A stretch of 64,000 nucleotides of DNA from a virus. Each line of letters starts with the position of its first letter. The first letter of the stretch is position 1. Below the pieces are notes generated by a model that saw only the letters and a program-made list of their open reading frames with translations, made no database searches and had not been told where the DNA came from. The DNA is taken from the IMG/VR virus record IMGVR_UViG_3300017644_000080. One strand, given 5' to 3'. Positions 1 to 10,137 of this stretch are shown here, in pieces. A program made the position numbers and the translations under genes.

Positions 1-16
1 AGGAGATCGGATCGTC

Positions 17-451
17 GTGAGCAAAATCAACGTTGCCCTGTCCCTGTTTGTTGAACACGGCCGCCTGAAGGACGCAGCCGACTTCTACGTCGCCGCCTTT
101 GACGCAAAGTCGATCCAGTCCCACAGCCATGAAGGCCAGATAATGGCCGTCGATCTACAGCTGGGAACGCTCAACGTCTCCGTCGTAGGCGCGAATCCCA
201 AGCGGCAGGCCAACCCTTCACTCGGTGGCCCGTTTCATCCTCAAGCCGCAGGAGCTGTCAGCGCCTCTTTGCGGCTGACCGTTGACGATCTCAATGCCGT
301 GTTCGCCAAGGCAGTCGCCGCTGGTGCCACCGTTCGCGACGAAATAGGCTTGGACGATAGAGGGAGCCGATCCGCCTCCTTGTTCGATCCGTTCGGCCAC
401 CTATGGGGCCTATCTCAGCGTGAATCCGAGGACGAGCAACTCGCCGCCTGA
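17..451 (+). CDS. VOC / glyoxalase-PhnB-like small protein (144 aa, GTG start)
   Basis: Size and C-terminal DPFGHLWGL-type motif typical of the VOC (glyoxalase/bleomycin-resistance/PhnB) fold; recalled family resemblance only. Confidence 0.55.
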   Translation: MSKINVALSLFVEHGRLKDAADFYVAAFDAKSIQSHSHEGQIMAVDLQLGTLNVSVVGANPKRQANPSLGGPFHPQAAGAVSASLRLTVDDLNAVFAKAVAAGATVRDEIGLDDRGSRSASLFDPFGHLWGLSQRESEDEQLAA

Positions 452-544
452 ACTGTCTCACCCGACCTGTTGATCCGCGCTTGATGGTGGGAGCTGAAAG
501 CCGATGCTCCCGCCATGGATGCCGACTGGCAAGCTACTATGCCT

Positions 545-1393
545 TTAGCGAAACGGCTGGGACTTTCGCGCGAAGAAGGCAATGATTAGTGGGGGAATGG
601 TACCAAGAACCACTGAGACGCAGCCAACCACAAACTCCGCTGTGGTTGGCCAAGTCGGCCAAGCTGAAAAATCGATACCCGAGAAAAATTGTGTTCTCCC
701 CAAGAGGCACACGCCAGCAACCAAGGTCGCAAATATCTTCCAAAGAGGTATTCTGTGCAAGCCACTCGATAATGGCGCAAGACGAGCCACCAAGATGAGC
801 GCAAACGCGAACAATGCCGCCGCAGGCATTGGTGTCAACCGAGGTTTCGGTGAGGCCTGTTCTACAAGAACAGGAAAACCTGCAATGGGTAACAACCATT
901 CAAATACTGACTGATAATAACCCAGAAGGCCAACTAACGACAGAAGGATAGTCATAAACCATCCAACTAGACCAAAAACAAAAATATGCATAATCGGCAG
1001 CATGAACAAGGAACGACCAAACTCCTCGTACCGTAGCCTTAGGTACCGGATAAAACCAATATCGCTTGGTATATCCTCCTCTGGAGCGATAACGGGCGCA
1101 ACTATGCGACTGATCAACCACGCGTAGAGAAAATTACGGAGGCTTGGAGCATGCCCAGTCTCCTCTATTGATACCCGCACCCAAAACAGCAAAGCGGGGA
1201 GATAAAGAAGCGAAAGACAATCGATGGTCACCCATACACGCTCGAATATACCTCCTCTGCCTGAAGAGAATTCGGGCAGAGGAAATCTTGGGTCGACATT
1301 GGTCACGCGCACGAAGTACCAAGTTCCGATTATGTTCATCAACACGAACAAAATAATAACTACTATCCCCAACAGAGTTCCGAAGAATTCCAT
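545..1393 (-). CDS. polytopic inner-membrane protein, unknown function (282 aa)
   Basis: Multiple long hydrophobic segments throughout the translation; no recognisable catalytic motif. Confidence 0.5.
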   Translation of the reverse strand: MEFFGTLLGIVVIILFVLMNIIGTWYFVRVTNVDPRFPLPEFSSGRGGIFERVWVTIDCLSLLYLPALLFWVRVSIEETGHAPSLRNFLYAWLISRIVAPVIAPEEDIPSDIGFIRYLRLRYEEFGRSLFMLPIMHIFVFGLVGWFMTILLSLVGLLGYYQSVFEWLLPIAGFPVLVEQASPKPRLTPMPAAALFAFALILVARLAPLSSGLHRIPLWKIFATLVAGVCLLGRTQFFSGIDFSAWPTWPTTAEFVVGCVSVVLGTIPPLIIAFFARKSQPFR

Positions 1394-1540
1394 GCGAGGC
1401 CCCCTTGCTCGATTGAATGAACGCCGAGACTATTCCTGTTATTGTGGCAAATGCAACAGTAGAAAGCGTTATGCCTGCTCCAGCACGATTGGCGTTCTTT
1501 AAGCAATCGCACGCTGTCGGTCAGGAAGCCTGCTTCGCCT

Positions 1541-2143
1541 CTAGGTGGATCTACGCCGAGGTAGTCGGCGCGGGTTAGCAACACGCCACCCATTATAGTG
1601 GGGATGATTTGTCAGATAATATTCTATCGCTACAGTAGCCACATTTCGGAAGTTTTCATCGTTCCATAGTGCAATGATGCTCTTCCTCTTAAGACGATCC
1701 GTCTGCTTTGATCCCTGGTAAATCCAACCCAGATAGGCATCGAGTTTCCGTTTGTCCCGATTTTCCCAATGTCCATGCGGAACAGACGGAAAATAATCTG
1801 GGTCTCCCGGTCGGAAGAACCAATTCTTTAATCCACCAGCATCGGTCATGAAATGGATGTCGCCATGATCATCATGCCCTATTGAGCGTTCAACCAAGTC
1901 CCCTTTCTCATCTTCCTCTACCAATTCGCTTGGGCCATGGCCCCATTCATCGTCAATATGCCAATCATTTTGTCGTACGACTTCTTGTGCGAAAGCAGTG
2001 GCGGCGTCGTCTGGGTGTCCAATCTGTGACAGCACGGACATCCGTTCGAGATAGATCGTCCTTTGGATAAGGTCGAACTTGAGGGACATTCCCGTCAGAA
2101 ACAAAAAGTCTTGTGCGGCTTCTGTCGATAGAAATCTTGTCAC
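1541..2143 (-). CDS. hypothetical protein (200 aa), His/Asp-rich
   Basis: Long ORF with coherent codon usage; HDDHGD and HGHWENRD stretches suggest metal binding; no family recognised. Confidence 0.4.
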   Translation of the reverse strand: MTRFLSTEAAQDFLFLTGMSLKFDLIQRTIYLERMSVLSQIGHPDDAATAFAQEVVRQNDWHIDDEWGHGPSELVEEDEKGDLVERSIGHDDHGDIHFMTDAGGLKNWFFRPGDPDYFPSVPHGHWENRDKRKLDAYLGWIYQGSKQTDRLKRKSIIALWNDENFRNVATVAIEYYLTNHPHYNGWRVANPRRLPRRRST

Positions 2144-2261
2144 TTGTATTTCCGATGAATGGAGATTTTCGAAATCATAAATAGCTCCCTTCTGCTTGGA
2201 CGAAGAAGCGGAAGAGAGCTATAAGTCACCCTAGGAAAAGGATTAGCGCAAGAGTGCTCGT

Positions 2262-2603
2262 TCAAGCATTGTCGGAATTCGGCTGCTCGCGCTTTGCATC
2301 TTCAATCATGATGGAGTCACGGTATCTCGCTCTCAGCGCCAGATCGGGAACCGGAGTGTCGACTTCCGACATAAAGCCAAGATAAATGTTTGCCCAAGGA
2401 TCGTTTACCCAACGATGCCTCCGATAGATCGCAACGGCTTCATCTTTAACCGCTCGGTCTCCCTTTGCGAACCGAGTGATGACATCAATCTCATCGTTCG
2501 TGAGTTCTGTCTGCTCTTCTTTCTTGGGAGCAGTCGTTATCGGACCTGTCCCGAACAAATTGCTGAAGAAGTCACCCCAGATGCTCATGAAAATCCCTTC
2601 CAA
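2262..2603 (-). CDS. hypothetical protein (113 aa)
   Basis: ORF 9 nt downstream of the preceding minus-strand gene (stop 2613, start 2603); likely last gene of the metallophosphoesterase operon. Confidence 0.35.
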   Translation of the reverse strand: MEGIFMSIWGDFFSNLFGTGPITTAPKKEEQTELTNDEIDVITRFAKGDRAVKDEAVAIYRRHRWVNDPWANIYLGFMSEVDTPVPDLALRARYRDSIMIEDAKREQPNSDNA

Positions 2604-2612
2604 CGAATGATG

Positions 2613-3023
2613 CTATCGCTCTTCTACAGCGGTTAGAATTCCAGCCTCAGCGCCATCGACCTCTTTACCATTGCGTTTGGAGGTGATCTTCGGAAGCGGT
2701 TCCAACCCAGCGCGCTCGCGCATCTCTTCAAGGGGGACGATCTCATAGATTTCATCGATGACCTTGCGCCTGCGGTTGCTGAAGTCTGGCAAGAGCGGAG
2801 GCAAGAACCTCAAGACCCGTTTGCAAAACTCGATCAGATACACAAACGGCAACACCATCACAAAAATGATCGCCAACGGCAACATCGTAAATCGCTCGCA
2901 TAACTTGTAGAATGCAGCCTTATCAATCAGATGCCTGATCTCAGGGCAGGCGCGAGCTACCTTGATTTCACGGAAGTAGCCGCGACGGGGAGATACGAAG
3001 CGCCAAGGGAAGAATGGCTTCAT
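2613..3023 (-). CDS. hypothetical small membrane protein (136 aa)
   Basis: Hydrophobic central segment; start overlaps the stop of the upstream metallophosphoesterase by 4 nt (ATGA coupling). Confidence 0.4.
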   Translation of the reverse strand: MKPFFPWRFVSPRRGYFREIKVARACPEIRHLIDKAAFYKLCERFTMLPLAIIFVMVLPFVYLIEFCKRVLRFLPPLLPDFSNRRRKVIDEIYEIVPLEEMRERAGLEPLPKITSKRNGKEVDGAEAGILTAVEER

Positions 3024-3817
3024 CGCTTCCCCCCTTGGAACTGGTAACGAGGATCATCCAGGTCGATGATGAGATCGAACTGATACTCGCGGTTCTCGTT
3101 CACATAACCACGAGGATTGACGACGATATGAGTGTCATGAACCTGGTAGTCGAACGAGTTATGGACGTGACCATGCAGGCACAGATGAGGCCTGTATTCG
3201 TAGATCAGGTCGTCGAGGTTCGAGACGAACGACGAATTCAACGGATCGCCAGCAAACCGTCTGTGCACCGACAGCGGGTGAACGCCATGGTGGGTCACCA
3301 GAACGGTCTTGCCGTCGAACGGTCGAGCCAGCGCTTCCTCGATGAAAGCCCGCGATGCGATGTGCATGTCGAGCAGATGCTTCGGCATCAGGCGGGTATA
3401 CGGCTCCTTCCGATATTTGATCTGGTTGAAGTCGTTCATCGAACCAAGGGCGGACATCATGCCCAAGCCTTGGTCGCCCATGAGCTTGTAATCGGTCCAT
3501 AGCGTCGCGCCAATGAATCGAACGCCGTCGATCACCACCTCGTCGTTTTCAAGGAAGTGAATGTTCGGATACTTCTTGGCAACCTCACGAGCCTCAGCCA
3601 AACCATCGACCAGCGAGCCACGATAATATTCGTGGTTGCCCGCGACATAGATCGTTGGAACGTTGATGTGCTTGGCAATCCATTCGATGCCGCGCGCTGG
3701 AGATTTATTGACCAGATCACCTGTGCACACGCACACGTCCACACCTTCTGGCACCTTAAATCGGTGCGAGATGTCGTCAAATTCCAGGTGCAGATCCGAT
3801 AGCGGCCACAGTTTCAT
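3020..3817 (-). CDS. calcineurin-like metallophosphoesterase (265 aa), paralog of 17188-17997
   Basis: N-terminal LSDLHLE (DxH), GDLV (GD), GNHEYY (GNHE), and C-terminal HGHVH motifs of the calcineurin-like phosphoesterase fold. Confidence 0.8.
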   Translation of the reverse strand: MKLWPLSDLHLEFDDISHRFKVPEGVDVCVCTGDLVNKSPARGIEWIAKHINVPTIYVAGNHEYYRGSLVDGLAEAREVAKKYPNIHFLENDEVVIDGVRFIGATLWTDYKLMGDQGLGMMSALGSMNDFNQIKYRKEPYTRLMPKHLLDMHIASRAFIEEALARPFDGKTVLVTHHGVHPLSVHRRFAGDPLNSSFVSNLDDLIYEYRPHLCLHGHVHNSFDYQVHDTHIVVNPRGYVNENREYQFDLIIDLDDPRYQFQGGKR

Positions 3818-4057
3818 CTGAAAACTCCTTTCATCATTGTGTATGCACGAATTTTACAAGGCTGACAATAATAGGATTTTAGTTAATTCAGGGTGCGGCT
3901 ATTTATTTAGTAATTTAGATTGAATTGGCCATTAAAATAAGGAATATTGGTCTCGCTTTTTCATGGAGAATAGCGCGAGTTTACGAATAACGGAAAACGG
4001 GCCAATCCTACGTTATCGACGCGCTCCTGTGGATTGGCAACGACCTAAGGAGCGCAA
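3818..4057. promoter_or_regulatory. AT-rich divergent promoter region between metallophosphoesterase and RlmN-like operon
   Basis: 240-bp AT-rich gap between divergently oriented starts; AAGGAG Shine-Dalgarno 6 nt before the ATG at 4058. Confidence 0.4.
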
Positions 4058-4948
4058 ATGTCGACGAAATATGTGAATGGCTACGAAATTCTACCCTCGA
4101 AATTCGACCCCAGCATTAATTTCTCCAAGGCAACTAACGACGGCGGTATGATCGAAACCCGTTTCGTGCAGCGCCTGAAAGAGCGATTTATCGTCTATAT
4201 TTCATCGATGTCCGGCTGCGATAAGGCCTGCCGTTTCTGCCATCTAACTCAGACGGGCCAGACTATGGCCATGAACCTGACACGCGAACAGATGCTCGAA
4301 CAGGCTGAGACCGTTCTATCTTCGGCAGTCTACCCAGAAGCTAAGACCGTCCATTACAATTTCATGGCGCGTGGCGAGCCGATGACCAATCCAATGGTCA
4401 ATAAACATCTCTTCCATGATCTAAAGCTAGCGGCCGAGAAGCGCGGACTGTTCCCGCGCATCAAAATTTCCAGCATTCTTCCAACCGATTTTCACGCTTT
4501 CGATCCTGCAGTTCTATGGGACGAATCTAGTCCTGCAATTGACTTCTACTATTCGCTCTACAACACCGATCAGGCGTGGCGTAAGCGGTGGATTCCAAAG
4601 GCCCTGCAGCCGCAAGAAGCTCTTGCCTGGCTTGCCAAGTGGCAGCAGGTCACTGGCAATCGCGTCATTCTACATTGGGCGCTAATCGATGGTGAAAACG
4701 ACAGCGAGGCCAATGCACGTGAGGCGGCGCGTCTGGCGAACGAGGCTGGCCTGAATTGGGATTTCAATCTCGTCCGATACAATCCGGCCAACGACAAATC
4801 CAAGGAAGCTTCCGAGGAGCAGATCGAGCGATTTCTATCGGTGCTGCGCGCTGAGATCAACGATGCAAACCGCGTAAAGGTCATCCCACGCGTTGGTTTC
4901 GACGTCAAAGCTTCTTGCGGAATGTTTCTAACGCCTGAGGCAGCGTAA
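4058..4948 (+). CDS. RlmN/Cfr-family radical SAM protein, N-terminally truncated (296 aa)
   Basis: IVYISSMSGCDKACRFC aligns with RlmN TLCVSSQVGCALECKFC (CxxxCxxC cluster); GEPMTN matches the GEPLLN SAM motif; C-terminal KASCGMF matches the methyl-carrier Cys motif AACGQL; ~65 aa shorter at the N-terminus than RlmN; Tyr at the resolving-Cys position. Confidence 0.7.
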   Translation: MSTKYVNGYEILPSKFDPSINFSKATNDGGMIETRFVQRLKERFIVYISSMSGCDKACRFCHLTQTGQTMAMNLTREQMLEQAETVLSSAVYPEAKTVHYNFMARGEPMTNPMVNKHLFHDLKLAAEKRGLFPRIKISSILPTDFHAFDPAVLWDESSPAIDFYYSLYNTDQAWRKRWIPKALQPQEALAWLAKWQQVTGNRVILHWALIDGENDSEANAREAARLANEAGLNWDFNLVRYNPANDKSKEASEEQIERFLSVLRAEINDANRVKVIPRVGFDVKASCGMFLTPEAA

Positions 4949-5021
4949 CTGTAAAATCGGCCGACGATTTTGTTTAGCGAACGGCACCTCCTAATATGAG
5001 TAAGAAAGGAGGGCCATTGAC

Positions 5022-5969
5022 ATGCCTAATACACACCCAAATTCAACAGCCAAAACAGCTGCCGCAGCCGCCTTACTATTTGGTTCCCAACAAGATTTTG
5101 TGAGCGATTTCAGTAGACGAGTCCAGAGGGAAGTAGACAACTTTCTTGAGAATCAAATTGTCTACAAAGAGGGGTGGTATTCATGTAGCGACGAAATGCT
5201 TTCAGCCGCACCGACGTATCTAATAAGAGGTGCCTACGGTATGGCAAATGCCAATCCGTCAACCTTGGACATTATCGACGCCATTAATGGTCTGGCGGGA
5301 CTTGATCCCGATAAGGCGAAAATATTGAACAACGAAGGATTTGGCAAAACAACAACCTTTGAAGGTCATAGACTCTTAAATCAGTTCTACCAGCTTCGTA
5401 AGCTGACCATTGACGACTTAAGCACGGGCGTAAAATTAGTGTCGCCAGATGTCGAGAAATCTCATTTTAGCCAGATCGTTAAATTATGTTCCGAGTGCAC
5501 AAACATTCCCCTTGAAGACGTATCACGAACCTTAAAAGCGCGATTTCAAAGTGGAGACATATACAAAAGTGAGAGGATAAGGGTCGCGATTGACCCGAAC
5601 TTCTCTTTTAACAGTATTACTTATATTTGGGCAGAAAATGGCCGTATTGGCATTCACTGCAGTTCAAACGATATCAAAGATTACGCTGCTTTCAGGAGGC
5701 TCCTAAAAGACACCACGGCTTACGCGGACGCGTTTTCCGACATGGAAACAGGATTCAGTCCCAACGCGACTAGAGTTATCAATGGTGAAGAGAAAAAATT
5801 CAAAACACTATGGTTCCCCGAGGAAACGGCGGGGGAAATTGTCAGCTTTGCCATATTGCGTGAAAACACAATAATTTCTAAGTCGATTCTGGACGAATTT
5901 GGCTATGGTTTTGCGCCAGATGAACCGACTCCAGATGACGACCCAGAACTGCCAACGTTAAAACATTAA
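5022..5969 (+). CDS. hypothetical protein (315 aa), low-GC
   Basis: ORF 73 nt after the RlmN-like gene on the same strand; AT-richer than flanking DNA; no motif recognised. Confidence 0.5.
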   Translation: MPNTHPNSTAKTAAAAALLFGSQQDFVSDFSRRVQREVDNFLENQIVYKEGWYSCSDEMLSAAPTYLIRGAYGMANANPSTLDIIDAINGLAGLDPDKAKILNNEGFGKTTTFEGHRLLNQFYQLRKLTIDDLSTGVKLVSPDVEKSHFSQIVKLCSECTNIPLEDVSRTLKARFQSGDIYKSERIRVAIDPNFSFNSITYIWAENGRIGIHCSSNDIKDYAAFRRLLKDTTAYADAFSDMETGFSPNATRVINGEEKKFKTLWFPEETAGEIVSFAILRENTIISKSILDEFGYGFAPDEPTPDDDPELPTLKH

Positions 5970-5987
5970 TCACTGGTTGGTTTCCTG

Positions 5988-6755
5988 TTGCTCTATTATG
6001 ATTCCTACGAGGGCAACAGGAGCAAAGCAATGGATGTCAACACGATCAAAGAACGCGTAGAGGAATACGTCGAACAACAGATTGACGCCAATGTTTTTGA
6101 ACGTCCGCTCGCGGCCAATGCATGCATTGCGAGCGCCATCGCATATGCAGTCGGCAAAGGTACAAAGGACGAGCTGTCTCTGCTCCAGAAGACAACTATC
6201 CTTCTTCAGCTACCAGCCTTCGATAAATTCAGGATTGGCTATTATTCCGATCCCGATGACGAGCTTTCGAGCATCTTAGAACACGCGTTCGAAAAGGAAA
6301 TCGCGAGGCTATTCAAGAGCACGCACGTAAAGATCGCGGCCGAAACCATCGGCAGGCACCTTATCGCGGATGCTGAAGCCGCGTTAGAGATCGCGGAATA
6401 TCGTGATGATAGTGCATTCATCGATAGAATGGCACGAAATCAAGTCAGGGCGGCAATTCGACACCTAAAAGACCGAACAGCAGCTGAAGTCGACGTCGCC
6501 ACAGCAATCGACGCTGGTAGCATTTTAGGAGGCCTCAGATCGCGCCGGAATGATCACAAGCTCCATGTTCAACATGGAACAACCATCGAGCGCATCGACC
6601 AAATCACCGAAAAGCTGCGGCAACTCGATGTGCTAGCGCGTCCACATAAAAACGCCGACATGGATGCAGCCATTCTCGAAATGGTTGTAGACCTGAATAA
6701 TCAGAAGCCTGTCCTTGAGCAGGATGAAGGCACCGCGCCGTCAGTAGGCATGTAG
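5988..6755 (+). CDS. hypothetical protein (255 aa)
   Basis: ORF 18 nt after the previous gene; followed by a strong terminator. Confidence 0.5.
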   Translation: MLYYDSYEGNRSKAMDVNTIKERVEEYVEQQIDANVFERPLAANACIASAIAYAVGKGTKDELSLLQKTTILLQLPAFDKFRIGYYSDPDDELSSILEHAFEKEIARLFKSTHVKIAAETIGRHLIADAEAALEIAEYRDDSAFIDRMARNQVRAAIRHLKDRTAAEVDVATAIDAGSILGGLRSRRNDHKLHVQHGTTIERIDQITEKLRQLDVLARPHKNADMDAAILEMVVDLNNQKPVLEQDEGTAPSVGM

Positions 6756-6781
6756 TCTGGCTTGCCATATACAAGAATCCA

Positions 6782-6806
6782 AAGGGCGCTCGAAGCGCCC
6801 TTTTTG
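6782..6806. terminator. rho-independent terminator (bidirectional position)
   Basis: GGGCGC-tcgaa-GCGCCC hairpin followed by TTTTT; lies between convergent genes ending at 6755 and 6810. Confidence 0.7.
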
Positions 6807-6809
6807 TTG

Positions 6810-9794
6810 TCAGAATTTCAGCTTCAAGCCGACATTGAACGACGTCGCCAGCTTCCCTCCATCAGTAGGAATCTGGACCTCACCACCGTTCACAATCGAA
6901 AGCCTGTCGTTGAAGCTGTACTCGGCATACGATCCCAGAACGACGTTGGTCTTGCCGCGACGTGCGCCTTCCGAGGTGAATTCCGAACCGCTGATCGAGA
7001 GATCACGGCGGGACTTCGTGATGTCATGAGTGACTGCAACCTTGCCATAGAGACCAAGATCGCCCTTCCCGAGCTTGCGTTTGCCGCCGAACTTCACCCC
7101 GACTTCCGGACGGAACAGCTCGGTGCTCGATTTGCCGCTTTCTACGCCGCCAATGCCAGCTTCAGAGAAGGCATCTGTGCGCGAGTGGATGTAGGTCCCG
7201 GCGACGTACGGCGTGACGGTGTAAGCACCGAGCTGCGCGATATCGTAACCGAGTTCGACTTTGCCTGCGAAGACATTACCGCGATAGTCCGTACCCAGCT
7301 GATCGCCGAGACCGAAAATCGAACGAGTGACTTCGAACTTCTGACGCCCGTAAGCGACCTGGCCATTAAGAACCCACTTGTCATGGTTGAGGCCCGCATA
7401 GGCTCCGCCGAAATAGGTGTCGATATGATTGTCATTTGCCTGACCAGACACTTCGACCTTCATCGTATTCCAACCGCCGTAAACGCCAGCGACCAGATCG
7501 CTTGAAATTCGCTTGTCCATGCCGAAAACAACGCCGCCCAGAGCGTAGACAGCGTCTGACGCACCGTTTCTGCCCTTCAGACCGCCTACGCCACCGATGC
7601 CGTCCATCCAGTAGCCAGTCGTCTGATTGCGATCCAGACGAAGCTCATCGAGACGGTTGCTGATGCGGGACATAGGGATGTCAAGCGAGACAAGGCCAGC
7701 CTGCACCATCGACGGATGGACATCGCCTGAAATCTCTTCGAGGGCATTCCTGACTGCTTCGGCAGTGTCGAGCTGTTGAACACCAGCTCCCAGTTTAATC
7801 AGGTCGTTTGAGGCCAGCACAACTGATGTTTCGCCAGTCTTGTCAGCCTGAGATGCGACACTTTTTTCGATCAGCGTGGCAGACTGACAGGCGTTCGAGC
7901 TACCGCAAATGCTGCTCTCAGCAATCGAGGCTACGTCATAGCTGACGACAACATCATTACTCGTCAGATGATAGGCCCCGTTGACGAGATAGGTCGGTCG
8001 GAAATCGAAGCTTCCGAAATTTCCCGTAATCCCGCCCGCAGCAGACATAACGCTCGTCTGCCCATTGCGGACATAGGCATTCTCCACACCATCGATAGCG
8101 AGAAGGCCACCATTGATCGTCGCAGTTCCTGCAACATCGAGTTTGGAGCCGAGTACAACCGACAGCGAGCCGCCATCGTTGACGTAGTTGCCGTTGACCT
8201 TGAGCGTGCCAGTGTAAGGCCAGCCTGCATGCAAGATACCTTTGGAAGTAACATTGCCGAGCTGGCCATCGCCCCCAACGATGCCATTTTCTCCGATGTA
8301 GGTGTTGCCAATGATCAAACCATTTACGACCAGCGCACCATCATTGACGGTGGTCCCGCCCGTGTAGGTGTTGTTTCCAGCCAGTCGAAGAGTGCCATTG
8401 CCGTTCTTCACGAGACCGCCAGCACCGGAGATGTCGTTCTGCCAAACTGAACCGCCAGAAAACGAGACATTGAAGTCACCCCAATCGAATTTGCTAGGTC
8501 CACGAATGGCTTTGGCGACGTCGACCATACCGTAACCGAATACAGGATCGACACCTGGCGCACCGATATCACGCGCAGTACCGAGCAGAACCTGCCCGAT
8601 TTGGTCGCCCTTCATATAAGGAAACGTCTGCTTCACGAGGGCGGCCGACGCCGAGACCACAGGTGCTGCCGCCGATGTGCCCGCAAATAACTGAGAACCG
8701 CTCTCATAGGCATAGGTTGGCATGTCGATATTGACCGGAGCCGCGAGGCAGTATTTTGCGACCGGACCACACTTATTCGAATAACCTGGCATCTCTCCAG
8801 CATCGTTGACGGCAACGACGGTCAGATAACCGCCCGTCTGGAGACGGGAATCTGTGAGCTGCATTGCACCCCAATCACCTGGGTAGTCCTTGGAGTCGTT
8901 GGACGCTGACCAGACAAACAACATACCATGCTGATCGACATATTTGGCTGCTATCTGACGGAAATAATCGATGCCCGCCCCAACGGTACCGCCCTCTGAA
9001 AGGCTCCAACTCTTGGTTCCGATGGAATGGTTCACAATCGACACTCCATCGTTCAGCATGTCGGAATAAATCTGCTCGAATGTGGTATATGAAACGCTTC
9101 CGCCACGATCAAATAAATGGGCCTGAGAAACCTTGGCTCCTGGAGCTATACCGCCAACATAGCCCGCATTATTCTGCCAAGTTGAATCTGCATTTCCGGC
9201 AATAATCATGGAAACGCTGTCGCCATGGTTCGTATTCGTCTCTTGACTATTTTCAACATAATTGCGGAAGGCGACAATCTTGTCCTTCAGATATTTACCT
9301 TCTCCGCTGAAGCCAGTGTCCACGACGCCGACCACAACATTCTGTCCCGTGATACCTCGCGCGTAGGCATCGTGAGCGCCGAGCGTGGCCATCGTCCGCG
9401 ACGTTCTCGTCTTATAAATTACGGGTATCTGATAGGAGGCCTGCCGTGGAATCGGGACGTTCGCTAGGAATGCGCTGGCAGATCGACCGATGCCCTGAAC
9501 TGCAGATGGAATGGCTCGGCCTGGATCACGAAGCGCATCGATAGCCTTGTTTCCTACAACATCGACATATCTGAGCGCGGGAATGTATTTTTCACCGATT
9601 TCAGAGAATGGCGGGTTTTCACCCGGCGGTGGAGGTGGTGGTGTCCATCCTCCACCGCCGCCACCATTGCCAGGGCCGCCGCTGCCAGGATTACTGGGAC
9701 CATCCGAACCGCCACCGCCTCCACAAGCAGTCAGAAACGAGGTCGCCAGCAGAGCTGAGATAAGAAGCGTTTTTCTGATTTTTGAATTATCCAA
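6810..9794 (-). CDS. autotransporter with subtilisin-like (S8) serine protease passenger domain, lipoprotein-type signal (994 aa)
   Basis: N-terminal signal with LTAC lipobox and Gly-rich linker; S8 triad motifs VVGVVDTGF (Asp), HGDSVSMIIAG (His), GTSAAAPVVSASAALV (Ser); Gly-rich repeat passenger; C-terminal ~280-aa beta-barrel-like domain ending ...LKLKF. Confidence 0.85.
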   Translation of the reverse strand: MDNSKIRKTLLISALLATSFLTACGGGGGSDGPSNPGSGGPGNGGGGGGWTPPPPPPGENPPFSEIGEKYIPALRYVDVVGNKAIDALRDPGRAIPSAVQGIGRSASAFLANVPIPRQASYQIPVIYKTRTSRTMATLGAHDAYARGITGQNVVVGVVDTGFSGEGKYLKDKIVAFRNYVENSQETNTNHGDSVSMIIAGNADSTWQNNAGYVGGIAPGAKVSQAHLFDRGGSVSYTTFEQIYSDMLNDGVSIVNHSIGTKSWSLSEGGTVGAGIDYFRQIAAKYVDQHGMLFVWSASNDSKDYPGDWGAMQLTDSRLQTGGYLTVVAVNDAGEMPGYSNKCGPVAKYCLAAPVNIDMPTYAYESGSQLFAGTSAAAPVVSASAALVKQTFPYMKGDQIGQVLLGTARDIGAPGVDPVFGYGMVDVAKAIRGPSKFDWGDFNVSFSGGSVWQNDISGAGGLVKNGNGTLRLAGNNTYTGGTTVNDGALVVNGLIIGNTYIGENGIVGGDGQLGNVTSKGILHAGWPYTGTLKVNGNYVNDGGSLSVVLGSKLDVAGTATINGGLLAIDGVENAYVRNGQTSVMSAAGGITGNFGSFDFRPTYLVNGAYHLTSNDVVVSYDVASIAESSICGSSNACQSATLIEKSVASQADKTGETSVVLASNDLIKLGAGVQQLDTAEAVRNALEEISGDVHPSMVQAGLVSLDIPMSRISNRLDELRLDRNQTTGYWMDGIGGVGGLKGRNGASDAVYALGGVVFGMDKRISSDLVAGVYGGWNTMKVEVSGQANDNHIDTYFGGAYAGLNHDKWVLNGQVAYGRQKFEVTRSIFGLGDQLGTDYRGNVFAGKVELGYDIAQLGAYTVTPYVAGTYIHSRTDAFSEAGIGGVESGKSSTELFRPEVGVKFGGKRKLGKGDLGLYGKVAVTHDITKSRRDLSISGSEFTSEGARRGKTNVVLGSYAEYSFNDRLSIVNGGEVQIPTDGGKLATSFNVGLKLKF

Positions 9795-10137
9795 AACAGT
9801 TCTCCAAAAACGGCGAGATTATTCTCGCAATAACTTATTTATTGTTCAATTTTTATCCATCACGGGCAATTGCTCTTTTCTAGCTCAAACAAAAATTGCG
9901 AACAAATTAATGAAACGCCATCTAAAGCGTTGATTTCTAAGATGATTAAAGCTTGATACTCAAACTTACGTTGAACGACTTTGCCATCTTGTTGCCATCT
10001 GTCGGCAATTTCGGGTCAGAACCGTCACTTCTGCCAATTATCGAGAGTATGTTTTATTAGGATAAAAGACCCAATTCTCTTGCTGTTTTTCGGTATTCAT
10101 GCAAATTGAAGACCGAGACTAATAATTGGAGAGTTAA

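Noticed and set aside
6762-9467. Several plus-strand ORFs (6762-7505, 7968-8450, 8864-9205, 9225-9467, 9511-9933) antisense to the autotransporter gene
   Set aside because: They lie entirely inside the 994-aa autotransporter gene on the opposite strand. Their composition (Arg/Ser/Pro-rich, low complexity) is typical of antisense frames of a GC-rich, Gly-rich gene.
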